DNA of 64,000 nucleotides, taken from NCBI GenBank assembly GCA_002422425.1, contig DIVG01000005.1, positions 10,334-74,333 of the forward strand, read 5' to 3'. The position numbers were made by a program, and so were the translations under genes. The notes beneath the pieces were generated by a model. That model did no database searches and was not told where the DNA came from. It worked only from the letters and a program-made list of their open reading frames with translations. The stretch is from Akkermansiaceae bacterium UBA6138. Its GTDB lineage: Bacteria; Verrucomicrobiota; Verrucomicrobiia; Verrucomicrobiales; DEV007. This document shows positions 1 to 9,088 of the stretch, piece after piece. The first letter of the stretch is position 1, and each line of letters starts with the position of its first letter.

Positions 1-1
1 G

Positions 2-244
2 CGTCGCTCCAAGGAGTCACTTGAGCCGGGCGGGCGGGTCATCATCCACGAGGCCTTTCTCAACGCCGACAAAAAAGGGCCGCTCCCGGTAGCTGAATAT
101 TCATGCATTCTCGCGCATTCCACCCGGGGGCGTTGTTACTCTGTCGCCGAGATGGCCGACTATCTCGGCGAAGCCGGATTTCGATTTCATGAACACCGTC
201 CCACCGGAGGCGACCGCAGCGTCATCCTTGCCGGGCGATCCTGA
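2..244 (+). CDS. C-terminal fragment of a SAM-dependent O-methyltransferase-like protein (truncated by window edge)
   Basis: Not in ORF track; frame 2 translated by hand: RRSKESLEPGGRVIIHEAFLNADKKGPLPVAEYSCILAHSTRGRCYSVAEMADYLGEAGF...; the L-x-PGGRVIIHE and YS-x-x-E...L-x-EAGF motifs are typical of Methyltransf_2 C-termini; stop TGA 242-244. Confidence 0.75.
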   Translation, partial: RRSKESLEPGGRVIIHEAFLNADKKGPLPVAEYSCILAHSTRGRCYSVAEMADYLGEAGFRFHEHRPTGGDRSVILAGRS

Positions 245-346
245 CCTTACTGATCTCCAGCTCAAGAATCTCTTTTTTAAAAAACCGGTTGCGATCCTCA
301 TTCCATCCGCGACTGTGTCGTCCCCGGCTTCCAAACGGTTTTAAAT

Positions 347-420
<74 letters not shown>

Positions 421-427
421 TCTATTT

Positions 428-468
428 AAAACCCTCTAACTCAGCGAGTTAGGGGGTTTTTGTTTTTT
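428..468 (+). terminator. Rho-independent terminator after tRNA-fMet
   Basis: AAACCCTCTAACTC-AGC-GAGTTAGGGGGTTT hairpin followed by T-rich tract TTTTGTTTTTTG. Confidence 0.8.
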
Positions 469-597
469 GTCGACTATCTAAAATGAGTGGAGGGCGAAAC
501 AACCGGCGTTCGTCGGGGCGGTTATCCGGTCGAAAAAATCCTCGCGAGTCAAAAAAGAACTTTGCAGAAAGGGGCTATTTAGGATATCTGAAAGATC

Positions 598-1362
598 ATG
601 ATAATTCGACACTTTTGCCTCGTATGCCCGATTTTTTTCCTCATCGGCTGTGAAACGACAGAGCCCGGGGTGAAGCGGAATTACATCAGTTCCTATCGCG
701 GGATGTCTGAGGACAAAAGCTCAGCCGTGAACAAGGCTCTTGTCAAGAGAACCGACCCGTCAGCGCTTCGGCAGTATACGAAGGTGATGATCGAAGAGGT
801 GAAAGTCATCCCGGCAAAAAATATTCCGGCCAAGCAGAAGGCGGCGACCCTGGAGGAAGGGGCGGTCCTCGCAACGTATTTTGAGGAGACGCTCAAAAAA
901 GAGTTTGGTGAGCATTACCAGCTCACTAATCGCCGCGGCAGCAACACTCTCCTCGTCCGGGCCGCGCTAACGGACTTGCAGCCAAGTAACCCGGGTGTCT
1001 TTGTTTTTAACTATCTCCCCTACACGGGCTTACTGACCACGGGGGTGACTCTCGCCACTGGAAAAACGCCGGGAGCAGGAAGCACCTCGATGGAGGCGGA
1101 GGTCCTGGACGCGCGCACGCGTCGGCAGCTCTACGCAATCGTCGATGAATACAAGGGGAGCAAGTTGCAGCCTGGCGGGGTTGAAAAATGGGGTCAGACC
1201 GAAGGGGCAATTCGCACTTGGAGCCGTATGCTTCGGCTCGGTGTCCAGGCACCGTCGTCCAAGTCTTCATCTGCGGCCAGCCGGGCTTCATCCACCGTGG
1301 AAGCGGCCCCTTCCAAGCCGGTCAGGGGTAACAAACCTCTTCTGGGCAGGAAGGCGGATTGA
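598..1362 (+). CDS. DUF3313-like lipoprotein
   Basis: Lipobox LIGC; central LLVRAALTDL...GSTSMEAEVLDARTRRQLYAIVD pattern typical of DUF3313; Ser/Ala-rich tail. Confidence 0.7.
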   Translation: MIIRHFCLVCPIFFLIGCETTEPGVKRNYISSYRGMSEDKSSAVNKALVKRTDPSALRQYTKVMIEEVKVIPAKNIPAKQKAATLEEGAVLATYFEETLKKEFGEHYQLTNRRGSNTLLVRAALTDLQPSNPGVFVFNYLPYTGLLTTGVTLATGKTPGAGSTSMEAEVLDARTRRQLYAIVDEYKGSKLQPGGVEKWGQTEGAIRTWSRMLRLGVQAPSSKSSSAASRASSTVEAAPSKPVRGNKPLLGRKAD

Positions 1363-1483
1363 CGCTGCACCCGCGTCCGGGCAAGATCCGATCCCGATCA
1401 AAGCACCCGTCGCCGCAGCCGGGTTTTGAGGGGACATTTTTGAGCGGGATGGGCGGAAGGGTTACTGTTTTGGGCGTTAGCCT

Positions 1484-3631
1484 TTACTTTCTAAAATCCC
1501 GGATCACTTTTAGGAACGGCTCGAGATAGCGTTCCGCCTTCACCTTTCCGACGCCGTGAATCTTCAGGGCCTGGGTCTCGGTGGTGGGACGCAGGCGGGT
1601 GAAAATCTCGAGGACCTGATTTCCGAAGATGACGTAGGGAGGCACCCCGCCGGCTTCTTCGGCGAGCTTTTTCCTTACCTCCTTGAGCCGGTCGAAAAGC
1701 CCCTCGTCGAAGGCCAGTTCGTTCAGCCCGTGATTTTCCGCCGCTGACTTTTCGGGCTTGATCATTTTGTTCCGATCAGGCCAGGCCATCCGGAAGTTAC
1801 TATCGCCTTTCATCACCCCTGCGCCGCGACGGGACAGACCCATGAGCGGGTAGGGGGTCTTGCGGACCGAAACGAGTCCCGCCTTTTCCATTTCCGAAAT
1901 GAGCGCAAAGACATAGGCCGAGCCCTGATCCTTGAGTATGCCGAAGGTGCTAAGCTCGTCGAGCCGGGCCGTCGTCATCTCCTGCGATTTCGCACCGGTC
2001 AGCATTTGGACAATCTTGCCCTTGCCGAAGCGCCCTTCCCAGTCGCCCATAGGCGCGCGGGCACAGGTCCGGGCGATCCCGCTGAGCGCTTTTTGCACGA
2101 TGACATATTCCTCACCCGTAGGGAGCCGGTTGTCGCTGTAGCGATCTTCCGCACAAGTGTCACAGGTGCCGCAGGGCGTGGACTCGCTCTCACCAAAATA
2201 CTCGAGGATCCACTGCTGCCGACAGACATCGCGGTCATAACAGAACTTGACCATCGCATCGAGCTTGGATCGGTCCCGGCGTTCCTTTTCCTGCAATGCC
2301 GCCTGGTCGATGATGAGATCGGTGTCCTTGAGGTTCGGATCGCTTAGCCTCGTGCCGCGAGCCCTTTCGCCGGGGACGTCGAACCGTTCAATGTAACCGG
2401 TTCGCACGAGATGGGAGAGAGCACTGCTGACCTGCATGCTGTTCTTTAAACTGAGCATGTCGGTTAGCTCCTTGATCGTCACAGTGACACCTTCGTTCGA
2501 GTTGCCGCAGAGACGTCGCAGCACCTTGTAGAGATCAAGAATGACCGTCGCCCCCGGATTGTTCCCGTCGATGAAGAACTCCTGCGTCCGGGTGTCGGCG
2601 TAGTTGAAGAGCAGATCACACTCGGCCGGTTCGCCGTCACGACCGGCGCGGCCCGCTTCCTGATAGTAGGCCTCGATGCTGCCGGGGACGTCAAAGTGGG
2701 CGACAAAACGCACGTCGGACCGGTCGATCCCCATTCCGAAGGCATTCGTTGCGACGACGACGTCGTAGGTGCGGTCGAGGAAGACATTCTGCGCCCACTC
2801 GCGGTCCTTGTCATCCATGCCGCCGTGGTAGGCGACGAGCTTCACCCCCATGCCGGCGAGGGAGGCACTCACCTCCTCGACCCGCTTGCGCGTCGAGCAG
2901 TAGACGATCCCGGTGCGTTGCGCCTCGATCAACTCGTGGAGCCTGCCATACTTCTCCCGATTTCCCTCACAATGACTCACCCGCAGGCTGAGATTGGGCC
3001 GTTCGAATCCACTGATCGAGACGTAGGGATCGCGCAGCTTCAGGACTTTTAAAATATCCGCCTGGACCTCGGGCGTGGCCGTCGCGGTAAAGGCGGCCGT
3101 CTGCGGGTGATCGAGCAGCTCGAGCGCCTCGGAGAGCCGCAGGTAATCGGGCCGAAAGTCATGCCCCCACTGACTCAGGCAGTGAGCCTCGTCGACCGCG
3201 ACAAAGGCGATCGGGACCTGCTTCAGCGAGCGGATGAACTGGCCACTGCGAAAACGTTCGGGCGCGATATAGACCAGCTTGAATTTTCCGGCCTCAAGAT
3301 CGCGGAGCCGGTCCGACTGCTCGGCGGGGGAGAGCGTGCTGTTGATCATCGTCGCCGGCACGCCCTTGCGGATGAGCCCGTCGACCTGGTCTTTCATCAG
3401 GGCGATGAGCGGACTGATCACCAGCGTGACGCCTTCCATCACCATCGCGGGGAGCTGATAACAGAGCGACTTGCCGCCGCCCGTCGGCATCACCGCGAGG
3501 GTATCGCGCCCCGCGAGCAGGGACGACACGACCGGCTCCTGCCCGGCGAGGAATTCGCGGAACCCGAAATGATGCGCAAGCGCCTCGAGCGGGTCACGGA
3601 TCAGGTTTTTATCAGCGGCGAAATCGAGCAT
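1484..3631 (-). CDS. recQ: RecQ-family ATP-dependent DNA helicase
   Basis: MPTGGGKSLCYQLP, SPLIALMKDQV, VDEAHCLSQWGHDFRPDY, ATNAFGMGID, YYQEAGRAGRDG; Zn module CRQ...CGTCDTC; RQC and C-terminal HRDC (VPPYVIF). Confidence 0.95.
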   Translation of the reverse strand: MLDFAADKNLIRDPLEALAHHFGFREFLAGQEPVVSSLLAGRDTLAVMPTGGGKSLCYQLPAMVMEGVTLVISPLIALMKDQVDGLIRKGVPATMINSTLSPAEQSDRLRDLEAGKFKLVYIAPERFRSGQFIRSLKQVPIAFVAVDEAHCLSQWGHDFRPDYLRLSEALELLDHPQTAAFTATATPEVQADILKVLKLRDPYVSISGFERPNLSLRVSHCEGNREKYGRLHELIEAQRTGIVYCSTRKRVEEVSASLAGMGVKLVAYHGGMDDKDREWAQNVFLDRTYDVVVATNAFGMGIDRSDVRFVAHFDVPGSIEAYYQEAGRAGRDGEPAECDLLFNYADTRTQEFFIDGNNPGATVILDLYKVLRRLCGNSNEGVTVTIKELTDMLSLKNSMQVSSALSHLVRTGYIERFDVPGERARGTRLSDPNLKDTDLIIDQAALQEKERRDRSKLDAMVKFCYDRDVCRQQWILEYFGESESTPCGTCDTCAEDRYSDNRLPTGEEYVIVQKALSGIARTCARAPMGDWEGRFGKGKIVQMLTGAKSQEMTTARLDELSTFGILKDQGSAYVFALISEMEKAGLVSVRKTPYPLMGLSRRGAGVMKGDSNFRMAWPDRNKMIKPEKSAAENHGLNELAFDEGLFDRLKEVRKKLAEEAGGVPPYVIFGNQVLEIFTRLRPTTETQALKIHGVGKVKAERYLEPFLKVIRDFRK

Positions 3632-3728
3632 CTAGGCTGTTAGTATGAACAATTTTTCGGAGTCTGCATCCCCATTTTCCCGAGAAAATGACTTTCCTCG
3701 CCCTGACCTTCGGGTTATCGCCTGACCC

Positions 3729-4850
3729 ATGCAAGAGCTACGTATCGCCATCGTCGGCCACCGATTTATGGGACGCGCGCATTCGAACGCGTGGAATCAG
3801 GTTTGCCGCTTCTTTGACCCATGCGTCAAGCCGGTCATGCAAGTCGCCTGCGGCCGCGACGAAAAAGACCTCGCTGCCTTCGCGCGACGCTGGGGCTGGG
3901 CGGAGATCGAGACCGACTGGCAGCGTCTCCTTAAGCGCGATGACATCGACGCGATCGACATCGCCACTCCGACCTTTCTCCACGCCGAAATGGCGATCGC
4001 GGCGGCGGAGGCGGGAAAACACATCTTCTGCGAGAAGCCTTTCGCCAATACCCTTGCCGAGGGCGAGGCCATGCTCGCGGCGGCGGAAAAAGCCGGTGTC
4101 GTCCACTACCTCAATCACAACTACCGCCGCTGTCCCGCCGTTCTTCTCGCTAAAAAAATGATAGACGAGGGCGAACTTGGCGAAATCTACCACTGGCGCG
4201 GTGCCTACCAGCAGAGCTGGCTCCTCAATCCGCAGCATCCTCTGGACTGGAAACTGAAAAAAGCGACCGCCGCAGCCGGCCCGCTCTGGGATCTAGGCTC
4301 GCACGCGATCGACCTCGCCCATTTCCTCGTCGGGGAGTTCGCCGAGATCGACTGCCGCGCCAAGCGGTTCATCACAGAACGTCCTCTCGCCGAAGATCCC
4401 TCGCGGACCGGCCAAGTCGAGGTCGAGTGTGCCGCGCTCATGACCGGTGAATTCAAAAACGGAGCCCTCGCCACGATCGAGACGACCCGCTACGCGACCG
4501 GACGCCGTAATCGCCACACTTTCGAAATTTACGGCAGCAAAGGCGCCATCACCTGGGACATGGAAGACATGAACCGGCTCCAGTTTTTTTCCGGAGCGGA
4601 TCCGGAAGATCGACGCGGCTTCCGCGACATTCTGGTGACCGAGCGATCCCATGAATACGTGGGAGCATGGTGGCCTCCCGGGCACATCATCGGCTACGAA
4701 CATGCCTTCGTGCACGCCGCGATCGACTTCCTCAATGCCTGTGCCAAAGGCGGATCCGTCGAGCCGAATTTCCATGACGGAGTCAAAAGCCTCAAGGTCC
4801 TCGAAGCGGCTGCAAAGTCGATGGAGAGCGGACGCAGAATAGGGCTCTGA
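3729..4850 (+). CDS. Gfo/Idh/MocA family oxidoreductase
   Basis: N-terminal Rossmann IAIVGHRFMGRAHS, CEKP motif, DLGSHAID. Confidence 0.9.
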   Translation: MQELRIAIVGHRFMGRAHSNAWNQVCRFFDPCVKPVMQVACGRDEKDLAAFARRWGWAEIETDWQRLLKRDDIDAIDIATPTFLHAEMAIAAAEAGKHIFCEKPFANTLAEGEAMLAAAEKAGVVHYLNHNYRRCPAVLLAKKMIDEGELGEIYHWRGAYQQSWLLNPQHPLDWKLKKATAAAGPLWDLGSHAIDLAHFLVGEFAEIDCRAKRFITERPLAEDPSRTGQVEVECAALMTGEFKNGALATIETTRYATGRRNRHTFEIYGSKGAITWDMEDMNRLQFFSGADPEDRRGFRDILVTERSHEYVGAWWPPGHIIGYEHAFVHAAIDFLNACAKGGSVEPNFHDGVKSLKVLEAAAKSMESGRRIGL

Positions 4851-4919
4851 AAGGAGGGGGCGATGGCACGGGCGCGGCAGAGCAGTGTCCTCGGGCTGTA
4901 TGCCGCGCTTTGCGGTAGT

Positions 4920-5456
4920 TTAGAACTTATTGCGCCACATCATTGACTCGACCGGCAGCGGGGTGCGGCCGTTGTATTTGGCTGACCCCTTCGCGTTGTA
5001 GGGAGTTATGATCTCGCCCTGGACGAGGAAATAAATGAGCTGCCCGACCGGCATGCCTTCGTAGACGCGGACCGGTTGCTTTACCGAGATCTCCAGAGTC
5101 CAGTAGTTGCAAAATCCGACATCGCCTTTTCCGGCGGTGGCGTGAATATCCATGCCGAGACGTCCGACACTCGATTTCCCTTCGAGAAACGGGACCGCCG
5201 CGTGGCTCTCGGTGTACTCGACGGTAGAGCCGAGATAGTTGATCTGCGGCTCGAGCACGTAACCATCGGCCGGAATTTCAAAATGCTCGATCTCGTTGTG
5301 CTGCCTCGCGTCGAGAACCCGGTTTTTGTAGGTGGCGAGGTGTTTGCTGAGATGCACGTCGTAGCTGTTCGTGCCGAGACAGTCCCGGTTGTAGGGTTCG
5401 ATGACGATTTCGCCCCGGCTCATTGCCGCAAGAATCTCGGAGTCTGAAAGGATCAT
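4920..5456 (-). CDS. dcd: dCTP deaminase
   Basis: MILSDSEI start, NSYDVHL, EGKSSVGRLG, GDVGFCNYWTLEIS, GQLIYF, SAKY; start chosen at ATG 5456. Confidence 0.92.
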   Translation of the reverse strand: MILSDSEILAAMSRGEIVIEPYNRDCLGTNSYDVHLSKHLATYKNRVLDARQHNEIEHFEIPADGYVLEPQINYLGSTVEYTESHAAVPFLEGKSSVGRLGMDIHATAGKGDVGFCNYWTLEISVKQPVRVYEGMPVGQLIYFLVQGEIITPYNAKGSAKYNGRTPLPVESMMWRNKF

Positions 5457-5535
5457 GATATCGTCCTCTTCCATAAAGAGCGACACGCACGGGAGCAAGC
5501 GGTTTTTGGTGGGAAAGCGCTGCCGTTAAAATCCT

Positions 5536-5564
5536 TTGCCAGGCTTGCTTTCAAGGTTCACGAT
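5536..5564 (+). promoter_or_regulatory. Putative sigma70 promoter of cmk (near-leaderless)
   Basis: TTGCCA-N17-CACGAT, 8 nt before ATG 5573. Confidence 0.45.
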
Positions 5565-5572
5565 AGCGCGGC

Positions 5573-6223
5573 ATGAGCGGACCCACTCCCATAATAGTAG
5601 CGATCGACGGCCCCGCCGCATCGGGTAAGAGCACCGTCGCAAAACGCGTCGCGGCGGAACTCGGTTGCGTCTTTGTCAATTCAGGCGGCATGTATCGCGC
5701 CTTCACCTGGTGGGTCCTGCAGAACGGTATCGACCCCGAAAACACGGCCGAGGTCCTGCGCCTCCTTGCCGCGACCGATTTTTCATGCGGCGAAGAGGAC
5801 GGCATGGGTACGATCACCGTCGGCGGCACCCGCATGACCCGTGCCGAGATGGCATCGACCGAGGTGAACGCGAACGTCTCCGTCATCGCCGCCATTCCCG
5901 AAGTTCGCGAACGCCTTGTCGCCGAGCAGCGCCACTACGCCGAGCGCAACGGGGTCGTCATGGAGGGACGCGACATCGGATCCGTCGTTTTTCCCGGAAC
6001 CCCGTATAAGTTTTATATCGACGCTTCTCCCGAGGTGCGCGAGCAGCGTCGACGTTCCGAGGGAATCACCGACTCAATCGCCAATCGTGATCGGATTGAT
6101 TCCAACCGCAAGGCCTCGCCCCTCGTTATCCCCGAAGACGCTGTTCTCATCGACAGCTCCGATCTCAGCGCCGATGAAGTCGTGGAGACAGTCATGGCAT
6201 CGATTCGCGAGCGGTTCGAGTAA
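5573..6223 (+). CDS. cmk: Cytidylate kinase
   Basis: AIDGPAASGKST, SGGMYRA, VMEGRDIGSVVFP, RDRIDSNRKASPL. Confidence 0.95.
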   Translation: MSGPTPIIVAIDGPAASGKSTVAKRVAAELGCVFVNSGGMYRAFTWWVLQNGIDPENTAEVLRLLAATDFSCGEEDGMGTITVGGTRMTRAEMASTEVNANVSVIAAIPEVRERLVAEQRHYAERNGVVMEGRDIGSVVFPGTPYKFYIDASPEVREQRRRSEGITDSIANRDRIDSNRKASPLVIPEDAVLIDSSDLSADEVVETVMASIRERFE

Positions 6224-6333
6224 TTGATATCGGGCGGTTGGACGCATCGGCGGTGGGACGGGATGAGCGTTCGTTCTGCGGGATGACGTCCTTTACAGAC
6301 GTGCGGATTTTTTGTTAGCCTTCGCCAAATCTC

Positions 6334-7437
6334 ATGAAAAATCCCATCCAGCCTTTGTCCCGACGTCGTTTTGTCACCAGCTCCGCCGCCTCTATGGCAT
6401 CGATCGGCGGCCTGAACCTCCTCACCACCCGCAAAGCAGCCGCAGCCACTGGAAATGGGGTTGTCATCGGGGAAGGGGAGCATCAATACGAGGTCACTCA
6501 CCACTGGGCGGTGCTGCCCGACAAATACAAGTGGCAGACGACGCACAACGTGGCCGTTGATAGTGAGAACCGCCTCTATGTCATTCACGAAGGACGTCCC
6601 GGGCAAACCGATCACCCTTCGATCTTTGTTTTTGACGAGAAGGGGACCTTCATCAAGGCCTTCGGCAGCGAGTTTCAGGGAGGAGGTCACGGTCTCGAAG
6701 TGAGGAAAGAGGCGGACGGGGAATTCCTCTATGTCACCGGCTACCAGCATCTTAAGAAATTCGCCAAGCTCACGCTCGACGGCGAGAAAGTCTGGGAGAA
6801 ATTCGCGCCGATGGAGTCCGGCATTTACGCTGAAGGCGAAGCCAGCAAGCCCGAGAAAGTCTGGGGTCGCGATCGTTTCATGCCGACAAACGTCGCCTTT
6901 CTCCCCGATGGCGGATTTATTCTCGCCGACGGCTACGGGGCACATACCCTGCATCATTACAATGCCGCCGGAGAGTGGCAGAAGCTTATCGGCTCCCCGG
7001 GCAAGGAGGATGGACAATTTAACCTCCCTCACGGGCTCTGGATCGATGATCGCAAAGCGGATGATCCGCTCATCGTCGTCGCCGACCGCGCCAATGCGCG
7101 TCTCCAGTGGCTCGATCTCGACGGAAAGCACCGTCGAACCATGACGAATTTCATCCTTCCCGCCAATGTTGACCGCCGGGGAGATCTCCTCCTCGTCCCC
7201 GACCTCAGCGCCCGCATAACCTTGCTCGACACCAATGACAAGATGATTCATCTTGGCGAAGACCCCGCCTGGCGGGAAGCCGTCCTCAAGGACAAAATGG
7301 CGATGCGGAAGTCACCCGACGGCTGGGTCTCCGGTAAATTTGTCCACCCTCACGACGCCTGCTTCGACGCCGACGGAAATATTTTTGTCGCCGAGTGGGT
7401 CGACACCGGGCGCGTGTCCAAATTGCGGAAGGTCTGA
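6334..7437 (+). CDS. Tat-exported NHL-repeat beta-propeller, peptidyl-alpha-hydroxyglycine lyase (PAL)-like
   Basis: SRRRFV twin-arginine signal; NHL repeats; ADGY, FNLPHGL, VADRANARLQ, HPHDAC...GNIFVAEW. Confidence 0.75.
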   Translation: MKNPIQPLSRRRFVTSSAASMASIGGLNLLTTRKAAAATGNGVVIGEGEHQYEVTHHWAVLPDKYKWQTTHNVAVDSENRLYVIHEGRPGQTDHPSIFVFDEKGTFIKAFGSEFQGGGHGLEVRKEADGEFLYVTGYQHLKKFAKLTLDGEKVWEKFAPMESGIYAEGEASKPEKVWGRDRFMPTNVAFLPDGGFILADGYGAHTLHHYNAAGEWQKLIGSPGKEDGQFNLPHGLWIDDRKADDPLIVVADRANARLQWLDLDGKHRRTMTNFILPANVDRRGDLLLVPDLSARITLLDTNDKMIHLGEDPAWREAVLKDKMAMRKSPDGWVSGKFVHPHDACFDADGNIFVAEWVDTGRVSKLRKV

Positions 7438-7527
7438 GGCGAACAAAATCGGTTGAAACAAGAGCGACATGGAGTTGGTTAGTATTAAATTTAGGGCCAG
7501 GCCCCAAATGTTAGGTAAACTGAAACT

Positions 7528-8592
7528 ATGAGGCCGCTTAGATTATTGGGAGATGGAAAATCATATTATCACTGCATTTCGCGGGTGGTGGACCGGCGAA
7601 AGGTATTTGAGGCGCGGGACAAAGAGATCTTTCGGAAGATCATGCGCAACCTCGAACGGTTCATGGGAGTGAGGGTGGTGACCTACTGCCTGATGGGCAA
7701 TCACTTCCATCTTCTCGTGGAAGTTCCGGAGCGGGCGACGCTGGTGCCGCTGACGGAGGAACAGTTACGGGATTTGTTGCCCTTACTTCATGAGCCGGGT
7801 GCGGTCGATACCATTTTGCAGGAGCTGGATCGGGCGGAGGAAACGGGGGATGCACGATGGCAGGCGGAGATTCTCGATCGGTATGAGCGGCGACGGGGCA
7901 GCCTCTCGTATTTCATTAAGGAACTGAAACAGCGGGTCACTCTTTACATGAACAAGCGGCTCGATCGGACCGGGACACTCTGGGAAGGACGTTTTCGCAG
8001 CATGCTGGTGGAAGGGCGTGAGCTCTCGCTGATGACGGTGGCTGCCTATATTGATCTGAATCCGGTGAGGGCGGGTCTGGTGAAAAGGCCGGAGGACTAC
8101 CGCTGGTGCGGCTACGCGGAGGCGCTCTCGGGCACGAGGGGCGCTCGACTCGCCCGTCAGGGGTTGGGCACGATTCTTTCGGAATGCCTGCACGACAGCG
8201 AGTTGCAGGTAAACTGGACGCGGACACAGAATCGTTACCGTCAGTTTCTCTATGAAGAGGGCGAGGAAGTTCACGCGGACGAGGTGAACGGGGTGGTCGC
8301 TCGGACCGGCTTTTCGAGCGATGTGGTGGAAGAAGTGATCAAGGCTGAGGGTGCCTTGCCGATTGCTGCAGTGTTGCATCACCGGATCCGCTATCTTTGT
8401 GAAGGGGTCGCCTTGGGTACAGGCGAGTTTGTCGAGAAAGTGCTCGCGAGAGAGCGGGAAAGGGGACGAACTCAGACGAAACGCGACCCTTCTCCGAGCA
8501 GGATGGGGGGCGCGGACTGGGGCGAGCTCAGAGTGCTGCGCAGGCTGCGGCGCGAGGCGATTTTGCCGGCGATGAGGAACGATGCTGATTGA
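7528..8592 (+). mobile_element. REP-associated tyrosine transposase (RAYT)-like / IS200-type Y1 HUH transposase, long form; no tnpB
   Basis: YHCISRVVDRR, YCLMGNHFHLLV (HUH), GTLWEGRFRS, YIDLNPVRAGLV, DYRWCGY (catalytic Tyr region). Confidence 0.88.
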
Positions 8593-8623
8593 GGGAGTGA
8601 TGTATTCGACCTCTTCAGACTTC

Positions 8624-8652
8624 TTGCCAAGACCCTGGTGATGCGCGACTTT
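8624..8652 (+). promoter_or_regulatory. Putative sigma70 promoter of the SnoaL-like gene (leaderless)
   Basis: TTGCCA-N17-GACTTT, 7 nt before ATG 8660. Confidence 0.4.
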
Positions 8653-8659
8653 CGCGGCC

Positions 8660-9076
8660 ATGAATTGCTTGAGCGCCGAAACTGAAGAGATCATCCGCCT
8701 CTACTATGAAGCCTTTAACTCGGGAGATAGTGAGGCAATGCTGCGGCTTCTCGATGCGGACGTCGCCCATGGCATTAATCAGGGTGAGGTAGTTACGGGG
8801 GCGGAGGCGTTTCGGGAGTTCCTCGCCGACATGGACAAGTGGTATGAGGAAAAAGTCGAGGATCTCGTGGTGATGGTGAACGAGTCCGGAGATCGCGCCG
8901 CGGCGGAGTTTTTCATTCGAGGAAAATATGTGTCCTCGGTCGAGGGGCTGCCTCCGGCGGCAAATCAGACCTACCATTTGCGGGTGGGAGCGTTTTTCGA
9001 GGTGGCGGATGGGCGCATCACCCGTGTGACGAACTATTACAACATGCAGGACTGGCTGCGGCAGGTGGGCGGTTAA
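8660..9076 (+). CDS. NTF2-like / SnoaL-like (ketosteroid isomerase-related) protein
   Basis: YYEAFNSGD...LLDADVAHGINQG, AAAEFFIRGKY, GAFFEVADGRITRVTNYYN. Confidence 0.85.
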   Translation: MNCLSAETEEIIRLYYEAFNSGDSEAMLRLLDADVAHGINQGEVVTGAEAFREFLADMDKWYEEKVEDLVVMVNESGDRAAAEFFIRGKYVSSVEGLPPAANQTYHLRVGAFFEVADGRITRVTNYYNMQDWLRQVGG

Positions 9077-9088
9077 CGCGCCGTCGGC

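Noticed and set aside
421-600. Possible integrative element at tRNA-fMet or tRNA-Pro
   Set aside because: No integrase, no second copy of either tRNA 3' end seen in the window, and neighbouring genes look chromosomal
7438-8659. Canonical REP arrays flanking the RAYT gene
   Set aside because: No GTAG/GTGG palindromes in either flank; the nearest REPIN is over 5 kb away
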